Source: Priapulus caudatus (lineage: Eukaryota). Taken from it: 63,488 bases of DNA. The number at the start of each line of letters is the position of its first letter. Position 1 is the first letter of the stretch. The notes beneath the pieces are model-generated. The model was not told the DNA's origin. It was given only the letters and a program-made list of their open reading frames with translations, and ran no database searches. The stretch spans positions 199,908 through 263,395 of the forward strand of contig NW_014577066.1 of assembly GCF_000485595.1 (NCBI RefSeq). Direction: 5' to 3'. This document shows positions 25,501 through 36,000 of the stretch, in pieces. Made by a program: the position numbers and the translations under genes.

Positions 25501-26764
25501 TGTCTTTCAGGTCTCGGTGGCGGCATCGGCTTTGACCTGGCGAACCTTGGTAGCGGCGGCAGCGGCGGCGGTCTAGGGGGTCTGAACATGGGCGGGGGCG
25601 GAGGATTTGGTAACCTCGGCAGCGGTATGGGCGGGGGCGCGGGCGGCCTCGGCGGGAGCATGGGCGGGGGTCTTGGCGGCGGAGGAGGCGGCTCGATGGG
25701 CGGACTGGGCGACCTGAGCAACCTGGCCAGCGGCAACGGACTGAGCGGCAGTGGGCTGGGACTGGGTTCGGGCGGAAGCATGGGCGGACTGGGCAACCTC
25801 GGCGGCGGCATGGGCGGCGGTCTCGGCAGCCTGGGTGGCCTTGGGCTCGGCAACCAGAGCGGGATGGGCGTGTCGGGCATGGGGGGCATGAGCGGGCGCA
25901 GCAGCATGGGTTCGAACCTCGGCATGGGCATGGGCGAGTACCGGGATCGCGACTTTCGCGAGAATCGCGACCGCGGCGACAGGGACCGCAGCCGGGACCG
26001 GGAGCGAGACAGCCGCGACCGGAGCAGGGACCTGCGAGACAGAGAGAACACCGTCTTCATCAGAAACGTAAGTCACCTTCCCCGCGCGTGCGGAGGCAGG
26101 GTGTGTCCGAGATGCTCGTGATGGTGATCATTGGTAGTGGGTTGCATCGCAATCCTGGTTTCGCCTCGCTCGCTAATTCTCCGTTGTTATGTTTCGCTTT
26201 CAGCTTCCTTTCAGCGTGACATGGCAGATGTTGAAGGAACGCATCAGAGAAGTCGGTACGTGTTTGTCGTTATCTCGCTTAATCGGTCGGCGCATTTGTC
26301 GACTGCAGCTAGTTAGTCATTATTCGGTCTCTCTCCTCTCCTGCTCAATGTCTATGGTTTCCTCTCTTCTGTTGCAGCTGATGTGAAGTTCATCGACATG
26401 AAGAGTAAGGGATGTGCTGTCATTTCCTTCTTCACGCGGGAGGATGCCGAGCGCGTCATTGGTATCCTTTACCCACGGCTATACGAGTCACGATTTTAAT
26501 GTGGTGCTATGATCATTGCACATGTCTACATCTATTGTCTGAGCTATTTTTTCATCTACAGGTTTCCTTCTGCCGTTTTTCCTCCACAATTGTCATACGT
26601 GTGTCTGTGTGTCATTTACTGTGCGCGCTTATGTAAAGTGTGTTTTGTGTGTATAGGTGACCGTTGTCCTGCAGCTGTTTCCTTAATTCTCGTGCTCAGC
26701 TCTCATGAACGGGGTTCGAATCGACGGTCGGCAGATCGAAGTGCGTTTCGATCGTGCGTTCTAG
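16512..26764 (+). CDS. MYEF2: hnRNP M / myelin expression factor 2 family RNA-binding protein (3 RRMs, Gly-Met low-complexity regions), 14 exons, 727 aa
   Basis: Exons 16512-16579, 21279-21505, 21789-21852, 22066-22159, 22391-22562, 22813-23186, 23736-23939, 24446-24494, 24611-24682, 25136-25237, 25511-26067, 26204-26255, 26378-26461, 26700-26764; phases consistent, 2184 nt. RRM1 RRVYLSNIPYDLKWQDIKDLFRDK, RRM2 RVFVANLDYKV...FEHPVEAVQSISMF, RRM3 VFIRNLPFSVTWQMLKE...LMNGVRIDGRQIEVRFD. Exon 1 is inferred from its ATG and a phase-2 donor. Probably co-orthologous to vertebrate HNRNPM and MYEF2. Confidence 0.92.
16740..16862 (+). repeat. Dispersed repeat family fragment (CACAGGCACTTGRAGCGTTTCAATAAAATATAATGC...)
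   Basis: Further copies start near 62436 and 62867, an inverted copy lies at 60418-60835, and noisy copies lie near 55215 and 55685. Confidence 0.75.
17450..18041. mobile_element. hAT MITE
   Basis: TIR CAGGGCTCGAATTAA; perfect 8-bp TSD TTTCGCTG; subterminal TGCC repeats. Confidence 0.88.
18225..18540 (-). mobile_element. Fragment of the HINE-like family also seen at 1056-1367, about 7090-7720 and 50056-50978
   Basis: Shared CCTATACCTTAAGTTAAGG and GATTTGTGCC motifs and a (CGTC)n microsatellite. Confidence 0.65.
18738..18968 (+). pseudogene. Frameshifted hAT (ZNF862-like) transposase fragment
   Basis: Three-frame translation RNAHAIGKNGRPYTDYVKLCQLDKAKG / LDVGSTYLADKAWQRFI / INEAKFLAVISDGSTDSSSKE includes the D-x-S-T-D motif. 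It is not present in the supplied ORF track. Confidence 0.75.
19246..19908 (+). mobile_element. Helentron-associated interspersed element (HINE/DINE-1-like)
   Basis: TTTTT-AGCTCACC 5' subterminal repeat with an adjacent inverted repeat, (CGTC)n microsatellite, 3' GGTGAGCT followed by the AGTGTCA-T-TGACACT stem-loop and a T-run. Confidence 0.75.
20350..21209. mobile_element. Mutator-like MITE with about 115-bp TIRs
   Basis: Perfect 9-bp TSD GATCGCAAC (20341-20349 and 21210-21218); TIRs begin TAGCTCTAGTACTATAGCCCGCG. Confidence 0.85.
20705..21077 (-). mobile_element. Nested ISL2EU/Harbinger-like deletion derivative with a THAP-domain remnant
   Basis: AT|AGAGTACCG...CGGTACTCT|AT ends with about 80-bp imperfect TIRs; minus-strand SCFVPDCNHHSESHYCSFYRFPKD matches the THAP N-terminus (C-x4-C...F-x-x-FP-x-D). 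Confidence 0.65.
23480..23710 (+). repeat. Degenerate minisatellite of about 35-38 bp in intron 6 of the hnRNP M/MYEF2 gene
   Basis: Repeated ACTGTCAGTGTAATACCTCGCTGTACGTTGTCTCATCA-like units. Confidence 0.75.
26462..26699 (+). other. U12-type (minor spliceosome) GT-AG intron, last intron of the hnRNP M/MYEF2 gene
   Basis: 5' splice site GTATCCTTT at 26462-26470; branch site TTTCCTTAAT at 26678-26687, 12 nt before the intron end; splicing restores RRM3 in frame. Confidence 0.9.
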
Positions 26765-28123
26765 GTCGCTCGTCGTCAAAGTTTCCCAGAATCCTCGACC
26801 GATCTTCCTTCTGATTCGCGGACTTTTGTTTCCCAGCATTTTGCCACTGCTGCATCTTTCAAGGGCGTTCTCCCCGCTCGGGAGCGGGCGGCGTGTGGTG
26901 CTCCAAGAGTCGTCGCTCGGTCTGTGGTTAGTGTCTCGTCTGGCGTGGGCGGCTCTCTTGAGCGAGTTGACCACGGCCTCGTGTGCTCGGCCAGCCGGTT
27001 CATTCTGCTAGGTGCCGACGCATGTGACATCGTTCAAGGGGCCAGCGATTGTAATCGTGGTCGTTTGCAGTAGCATCACCAACGGACGGCGCATGATGAA
27101 AATGGAAGGGCGGGAGGTGGTGGGAAATGGGAAGCGGCTGTGGCACATTCTTGCCTGGCTTTCGGTCTGGCTCTCCCCGAGGGGCACGACGCCCGGCGGT
27201 TCACGTTGGCCGGAGACTCCCGTGGTGTGATTGCATCGTGCCAGTCGCATCGGGTTCAGCCAGACGATTTTTCGAAAATAGATTGCCGTTTCGTATATCG
27301 GCCGCCGGGTTAACTACGTGATGCCGTTAACCACGGCAATGGGATGTCAGACAGTGCGCAGGTTTTGGCTTCACACGGATTCATGTTCTCTGTTTTTCCT
27401 CCACATGTTTAATGAGTATCTGTTACCTGTCACCTATATATTCGGACCATCTGTGGGACGGAATCATTTTGTTGGGATGGCATTTACTGAGTGGACGTTG
27501 TCGCGTATTGCACTGTCATGAATTTGTTCTGCGTAGAGTTTTGGCATTCCTGATCTCTGCGTAACCGATGGAATTTTTTATCTTGAGTTTGCTTCTTAGC
27601 TTTGCGTCTTGTTGTCCACGTGAAAAATATAAGTGTGTGTAAAGGAACGTGGTAAATATACTGTCAGTCGTTGTTTTTGTAATTTGAGATATATTTAACG
27701 CTGTTTCAACAGTTTTGTGGAGCATGCTGCAACTGCTGAGTTGTGGAATTTTTATATTACACAAAGGAAGAGATGTACACACCACCCAGGCAGTCAACGT
27801 TCAGTAAATGGTTTTTTATTTGGTTATTGTCGCACGTGCCACAAGCCAGTGGTTGAGTGTGCGTGCATGTGTGTGTATGTGCGTTTCTTCAGAGTGGTCA
27901 TTTGAAGAAGTTTCGTGTTTATATGGTCACCAGTCGAACAGTTATGCGTCGTTTGCCGGGCAGGACGTGGAGGACTGGTCGCACGAACGCTTCTCACAGA
28001 ATTGTATATTAATGCTAGATTTATGAAAGTTCACAGTTCTTGGTGTTGACTTCGTCGTCTGTGTTGCCAGGTTGACGTGAAGTTTGCCACGGTGTTTTTT
28101 CTGTAGCACAGCGTATAAGATCA

Positions 28124-28129
28124 AATAAA
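28124..28129 (+). terminator. Candidate polyadenylation signal of the hnRNP M/MYEF2 gene
   Basis: AATAAA about 1.36 kb after the stop codon, followed by GT/T-rich sequence. Confidence 0.4.
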
Positions 28130-31100
28130 AGATGTTTCGTCCGCAAGTATTTCGTATCATACAGCCCATTGTTGGCCTCTTGTTTTATACTCTTGGTGTG
28201 CTCGGTCCCGAGCATTTAGCGGTGAGTGTAGTGGGTTTTCCGGAGTCTCGCTATGCGACCAACAAAATGTGCTTTCCCTGCTGCAGCAGACGGTATGAGT
28301 CCCTTGTGTGGGTTCGTAAGTTTTGTTTGATAGTTAGTTGTAAAGAGTTCACTCCTAAGGTGGCTTTAACATTAGCAAGTGCGAGTTATATTTGAATCAA
28401 TCTTAGTAACAACAACAAACAAGTATTCGCAGCCAGTTCCCAGCACCGTGTTGGTTGAAGTTCCCGTGTTAACCTACGTGATGATGGTTAGGTAGTGTGC
28501 TTCATGTGTTATTAGATGCCTGACCTGAAGTCTTTCAAACTAACAATTAGTAACGAATTTGCATACTTAGTAATCGTTTTCCACATGAGGCATGTCCGCC
28601 AAGAACCACAGGTGTAGAAAATAGCAATTAACAGCCGTTGTCTACCTAAGAGGAATTTTAAGATGGTTTGCCATCAGAAGTTTGAACTCGTGCGTAGTTT
28701 CCCTCTTTTTATCCTGCAGTCGTTAACCTACGTGCATTCTTGCTTTTAGAAGATCACTTGCGTGTTTAGTTGCATCTGCTTGACATCTCTCGAGACTCGT
28801 GTGATGCTATCTCGTGTAGAATGTGCTGCCTGTCGCGTCTGTGTGTACATATCTTGTGGCGGTGTAGCCGCTCGAGGGTGGGGGAGGTGGGTGCGTGTCT
28901 TCATTCACCGCTTCAAGTCGCACGCGAAGGAAGGTGCCAGCCTTTAACGGGAGTTTCACTTGATCGTAGGAGAAGAGTGGAGCGTGAGCAAAACAAAGTG
29001 TGCCCCCTGCGATGATCGAAGAGAGCAGCAGGTGGTGTCCGGCAGATTCATCTAGTGAGGATTCCTGTCCACGTCCTCACATGTGACACTCCCTACGTCC
29101 ATCGTGGAATAGTTGTAGAATTAATTTGTGGCAACGTCTAAGTAGGAAAGTAAGCGAGCATTAGTGAGTCGTTTTTTTGCGGCGAGTGGTGACGAACGAA
29201 TGTGAAAAGGAGTGGACGTATGCAGGTGTGGATTTGCGGAATGGCTCTCGAGGAAAGTGGCTAAGAAGTCATTTTTGGACTAAGCGGTGACAAGTGTGAA
29301 AAGGTGGGAACGTGTGTACATATGCTAGTGTTATCAGGTGGTGGTTTCATCCTGGTCAAGAACAACTTGCGTTTTCGACGTGAGCGCCGTGAATTTTCTT
29401 TGATATGAAAAGCTTGACCCTTTTTTGTATTGAGTTGCCGTGCAACATTCGAATGTTACTCTCAAGTTCCGCGTCCGTTTTAAATGCATTAACGAAGTCA
29501 GTGGCAGAACAGCCTGTCTTGATTACATCACATCACAGTTCAGCAAACGCGCTAATAATATCTGCAGTCTTCAGCTGGGTTTCTCACTATTTGTACACGA
29601 ATGACCACAAGTTAGCAGCAGCCAGCTGTAGTTCTCATCACTTTCGGACTGTCCCGTCATTCTAGGCGCCATGAGCGAAACCGATCGCTATTTTAACTTC
29701 CAGTTTATGCGTTTGTGCACCCCTGTCAGGTCGATCGTGTCACGTGTATGCTTAATGTCATCGGTTGCGGTCAATTATTTAGCACTCTACGAGGCAGCTA
29801 CACAAATAGCAAGAGGCATTATTTTGAAATCGATTCCTGGGTCTCTCTCCTGGGCTGATGTATCTGGATCGGTCGGTATTTTTTATAGCAAAACTGCTTG
29901 AGTTATCAAGGTGTGCGGTCGGTGCTGTTTTATTAGCAGCACGTATGCGTAGTAAAAATCTAGGCAGTCAGGTGCGAGCGCACTATATGCGTATCCACCA
30001 CACATAGCGTGCCATTCCGCGGATTACCAGCTTTGTCGCTATCGTGTCGGCGATTGTTAGCAGAGCAGGTCTCAGAAGTTACGAGCGGCGTTGTACGGCA
30101 GCTATTTCTGCGAGCGTATCAAGGGATTCTCCCTCATGAATCGAGCTCTTCGCCGGTTGGGAAAAGTTTGCGTGGCGATGTTTAGAGGTGGTCGTTGGCC
30201 AGGCCAGTATCAGGGCGTCTTGTGCATGCATGGTGGCTGGTCGCTGGGGCGTTTTGGAGCTGGCCGAGAGCATTGGTTGAGACTGGCGTCGAGAACTGGG
30301 ATCGCGAGCTTCTTGTTTTGCTGCACACGAGGTCGGACTCCCTACATGGCATTTCCCCCCGATTTGGTGAGTATTAGTGCAAAATGGTGCAATCATGGTA
30401 AGTTTAAGGTTTTTTGGGGGTTTAACACATAGCTGTCACCATTTTTCAGGAGATTAATTAGCAAAATTTGGATTTGTTTAATTTAGTAATTTTATTTTTT
30501 CATCTCAAAAACTCATCCTGCTCATCAATGTTTTACAATGTCGGTAGTAGTGAATGCTTTATAATGAGAGAGATTTGCAAGCAATATTGTTTATTTACAA
30601 GGTTTCCATGAATAAGCAAAAACAGGGTAATAATATGCAATAATAATACACATTTCTATTATTTGTATTATATTTAATATAATATATTTTATATAAATTA
30701 TTAATTTTACAAATTTATTTTGTAATATTGCAATTTAATTGCGACTTTTTAAAAGGTATTCCATGGCGGTATCATGTACGTTCATCAATTTTGCGATTTA
30801 ACTGTATATGTAATGTGGAAACAATATATATAGTAAAATAAATATGTAAAACATAGATGAATACAACAAATGCATAAGACTTTTTCCTGTTGCAAATCGA
30901 AGCACTTTATGTGCCTTATATTATTATACACGTGGGCACAAACTACTGTGGTCACCAATGAGTAATCTTCATATAAGAACAACAGTGGTAATTACGGTAA
31001 GATCCCTGGCTGCTAACTGCATAATTACCTAAAATGGTAGGCAGACAAAAAGGTTTTTGGTAGTTTTGTGACACAAATGTATTATATAGCTGACCGGTTA

Positions 31101-31271
31101 AACAGTTATCTAGCGTGCAAATTGCCCCTAGGCAGTGCGCTTGTATCAGATTGCTCAGTGCCTAGGACAAACAACAAATTTGATTTGGGGCCAATATGCC
31201 TCTACAAACAAACAATTCTCTGTGCAATAATAAGATTAATATATGGTGATTGTTTACCAATTGGCACTCGT

Positions 31272-31273
<2 letters not shown>

Positions 31274-31321
<48 letters not shown>

Positions 31322-31325
31322 TATA
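31274..31325. repeat. (TA)n microsatellite
   Basis: Direct reading. Confidence 0.95.
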
Positions 31326-32586
31326 TGTTTCTATATTGTGAATAAAAATATTAATCGCACTATCCAAATCATATAAAACATACCAGGCATAATAAATATC
31401 AGACATCAAAAGATGTGATAGAAGTGTAAAAGAATCTTAACGCTATCACAAACACAAACAGAATTTTAAAGCCTATCACAACAATAACCGATTATTGAAT
31501 CTCAGTGTTCACATGAAACGACGTTCGTAGCTTGTGAATTTCAAAACGCCCCATCGTTTTTACGTCCTGTAAAAATGTACTGATTGTTCATATCCAATGT
31601 ACATTTAAAGGTTTCTGTTGGTTAGGTAACTATTTTGTGATATATACATATAGGTGAACAGATCTTGTACGGTGGTTAACAGTGAGCAGTGACCAGGCCT
31701 CATGTAATAACATCTCTGACCGTGTAAGTACAGGACACGTTGCTAAAATTGAGAAGACCGTGCTGATTAGAAATTTACTATAGCTAATGTCTGTATGTCA
31801 CGTTAAGCTTCGCTGCATTTTCCAGTTGAGCGAGTAAAATTTCACGTGGAAATCGTAGTTAAAAATGGGTCATAAGTTTCCTCATCTTTGCACTTTGAAA
31901 GCCGCACGAGATTTGCACACCCTCTGCCAGCATACACGAGGCAACCCAGCCCTATTATATAAAGGATCTAAGAATGTATAGTAGCATTCTTATGCTACAT
32001 GTAGTGGAGCTAGATGTCCGCAGGCATGCTTACGGGAGTTTAGCTAGTTGTCCGTTGCTATGCTCGGCCTGATTAGTCCACATAGTTACAGCGTTTAGAC
32101 AATTATAAACCATGGTACTAGTTCGCACACTAGTACATTTGTGATACTGCACATAAACTGCTATCTTTATGGGACTATTCATGATTTGACTAGTACCTTA
32201 TCGATACTGTAGTTGGCACTTTCAACTAGTAGCACTTTGATACTAGTTATACTTAATTAAAACTGGTATGGTACCAGTTAGCACTCTTACTAGTTCCATA
32301 ATAACTGTACAGTCATCTGTGTGCAAGAGTTGAGAGATGCACTGCACCCGCCACCTACACAAACCGAATACTGCGCACACGATTAAATAAATAATGAAAT
32401 ATTCCACTCACTAAAACAACTATGATAAATATAATGCACGCTAAAAACCACTCACACGTTCTGGTGGATGCACGCATAGACTTACCCACGCACAGTATAT
32501 CATTCATGACAATATAATTTCTTAAAAAACAACAATCACGATGCATTGTGGCATTACCTTACATAATGTTCAAACCACAATGCAAA

Positions 32587-32592
32587 TTTATT
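32587..32592 (-). terminator. Candidate polyadenylation signal of JMY
   Basis: AATAAA on the minus strand about 465 nt downstream of the stop codon. Confidence 0.35.
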
Positions 32593-33055
32593 AATTTCAA
32601 ATCAAAGACTTTATATAATCTCTTGGCAAACATGGCGTTAAATTGCACAACTCTATAATAATGTTGAGTAAGATGTATTAGGATAATATATATTACATTA
32701 TGACTCCTATTATTTACTTCGAAAATTGTGTCAAACTGAAATTGTTCTCACCAACAAATTCACTGTCACCCCCACATCCTAATAATTTCACGCACAGGTA
32801 CTTATAACCCACTGCAACTATCCAAAGCAATATACAGAGCATAGGAAGATGGATGGAAATATTAATACACGTGGAAAAATAATACATATCTATGCATTGA
32901 AAACTGGGTTGTCGAACTGATGACCCAGATGACTGATGACTGATGACCCCCTACCCTGATGACATAGCACAAAAGGCATCAGTTATATTTGAAACGACAC
33001 CCACCGCTGGCTGCATTCGTTATCGCTGTGTGCAGACCCTTTCCAGTCGGACTGG

Positions 33056-36000
33056 CTAGAATCTGGTTCCCCACGAATCGAATTCAGAGCTGTGGCAGCC
33101 ATCTTCACTTTCTTCGTGTTCATCAATCATGTGCCTGATTCTGAACAGACTGCAACACACAAGGCTTGATAACTTCAGATAGATTAAATAATCGTCAACT
33201 TGTATATAATAAACAATTTCACGTGGGAAATTCAGTAGGTGTGGTGCATCAAAAACGAGTAGATAATGGATATAGTAGGAGTTACTATAAAATACAAAAC
33301 ACTGCAGCCACATACATGTGACACCTATTGATAGGTTTTTAGTGTGCAATCACACACATATCTTCTGCAATACAGTAGCTTAGTAATCGACGAGCATACC
33401 TAGTTTTAAGCAGGTTTTGGTGTGCATCCGTGCTTAATAGCACCTCCTCTTGCTTCTTGATCGCCAATTCCTCCTCGTCAACTGTACGCAGCTTCACTCC
33501 CAGCTTGATTGTGTGCATAATCTCATCCCAGCCACCTGAAATGGTCAACTCTTCAATGGTGAATTCCGAAACGAGACAGCAATACTTTGAATGAATGAAA
33601 ATGATTCTGAAAAAAATCGAATGCTGTATGCAGAATAATGTACACAGCCTACTCATTATTGTAAACATTAGGCAAGTAGTCCACAACCACACTACAGCGA
33701 CACAGATATCTATCGGTGAGATCAGTGATAGAGCACAAATACGACACTAACCGCCCGACGGCGTCACATCCGGCGCTTTCTTCATAGGCTTCGTTTTCTT
33801 GAGTTTTTTCAGTGCGGACTGCAACTCCCTCAGGTCGGGCATGTGCGGCCTGGATGGCGCCGGCTTTACCTTCGGCTTCTCCTGCGGTTTCACTTCTCCC
33901 CTCGGTCTTGCTGCCGTAGGTGTGTCCGCCTGGGGCTGGGGTGGAGGTACCGGCGGCGGAGGCGGTGGCGGGGGAGGGGCAGTAGCCCCAGGGCTAGTTC
34001 TTGGCGGGGGAGGGTGCGGTGCCTCGGGGCTCGGTGGGGGAGGGGCCGTGGTGCCGGGGCTGGTTCTCGGTGGGGACGTGCGCTGTATGCTCGGCGGGGC
34101 GTCGTCGGCGAAGTGGTCCGTCTCGAACGTGAACGGCGGCTTGCTGCATCGCGCAGGACTGCGGCGTGCCTGCTTCGACGCACGCTGTCTGGGCACCGGC
34201 ACCCTCGCTGGCACGCACTCTACTGCGAGGCTGTCATCGGAAGTACAGTCAAGAGAATACTCAGGAACGTCGATGGTGGCGGGCGTCGGGTACTTCTGTG
34301 AGCAGACGAAAGTGGATACCTTTGAGTGAGTTTCGAATGTACAACGATGACTAATATATTAATTATAATAATACACGTGTGACTTATTCATAAATCAGTA
34401 AAATAAAATCACAATGTAATTGAAGTTTTTTGGATATGTGTAATGATCATAACATTAGGCGTTTCACACTGGCGCGAATTAGCGGGATGCAAATCCCGGT
34501 TTTTGCATCACGATCGAAATACCGAGATTATTACAAGTGTGAACGCAATAATCTCACTAATAATCGCACTTTTGACTGCGATTATTTGGAATTAGCGCGA
34601 TTATTTGCGTGTGTGAACGCTCGCGCAAATAATCCCGTCATTCCAAGCGAGTGAGCAGTGAGCATGCGCAGTGAGCATCATTCCGGCAGTGAGCATGCGC
34701 AGTGAGCATCATTCCGGCAGTGAGCATGCGCAGTTCGATTAATGCGAGATATTTCCACCTGTGTGAACAACGACACAATTATCTCGGTATTTCCATCGCG
34801 ATTAGCATCGCGGTTTTTCTTGTGTGTGAACACGCCTATTTTGTTGATATTACATATTTCTCAAATTGCCCTGCTACTTTGTTACTAGTCTGCAACGACT
34901 ATACATTCGTAACGTGAACACACCATTCTGTACTTTTGTATTCTAGCCAGTGTCTTCCTCCTCTCTTCTGCCAGTCGCTCTTTCCTCGAATTACTGTTCT
35001 GCTTATCCTCTTCTCGTTTCTGAAGAATAACAAAACAAGAAGAGGTGAGATTTCTAAATATCAGAAAAGGCAACCAAAAACTTGGCAACAGTTTCACAAT
35101 ATTATTTGTAGATGCTCAAATTGGAAATCCGTGCAAAACTTGTAAAACACCTTCGTGCAACACTTTGTGGTAGTATAAACATGCAGTGCCACTCACATCA
35201 CAAGGACCCATTGTCAGAAAAATTATAAGTAGTTATAACATCATAAGTCTAAAATTGTCATAACTTAATAGTCTTATGAAGTGAAGTGTCATGTAAAAGT
35301 TTATGTATTAAATAAAGTTTTAGTATTATGATAGTTATAACTATTTATGATGTTCCTGATAACAGGGTCCACGTCCCCCTCCTAGCATCATACAACTGTA
35401 CACAACTGTACGACAGCCAGATATGACCTACACGTCAGAATCAAAGGGCTCAGAATCAGTGCTTCCATCTTAGTAGGTACCTCATAGCTTGAACCTCAAT
35501 GTTTTATGCTATTACATGACCATAGTCCATCTGTGTCACTCTCCCCATCTGATCACGTTTACCCAGAGACTGTAGTAGGTGCGTGCCATTTAAGCTATAC
35601 CTTTTGTACAGCATGGTGTTTAAGATAAAGTGCCTTGTCTTCTTGTCCTTTCTCCATTTTAGACTGTCTACCCTTTGCCAAAGCATCCTGTTTAAAGGAA
35701 ACACAGATTAACACAGTAATAGACGTTCCCACACAGCGTGTAGTTCTAGTGGATTCTTGGTCCATAGAGCAAGACAATCAACATTTCTATTTATATTCTA
35801 CTGGCCCACACGGTTAAGAAAAAATTCAGGGAAGCACAGTTTCAATCGGTATTTTCACAGCATAACTTATAGACAAAATACTCCGGAATGCAGATGTTCA
35901 CAGACGCACGCACGCACGCACTCATGCACACGCACACAATTTCAGTGGAGCATACCCACCTAGTCCCACTACTGCATAACCCAATCTGTTCATTCCCAAC

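Noticed and set aside
25452..26076. 202-aa and 167-aa minus-strand ORFs
   Set aside because: Antisense shadows of the Gly-rich exon 11.
28478..28530. Box C/D snoRNA (GTGATGA...CTGA)
   Set aside because: Too short, no terminal stem, and not within a recognised intron.
30091..30432. 113-aa ORF between the convergent genes
   Set aside because: No recognisable domain or coherent exon chain.
33799..34329. Gly-rich plus-strand ORFs
   Set aside because: Antisense to the JMY polyproline exon.
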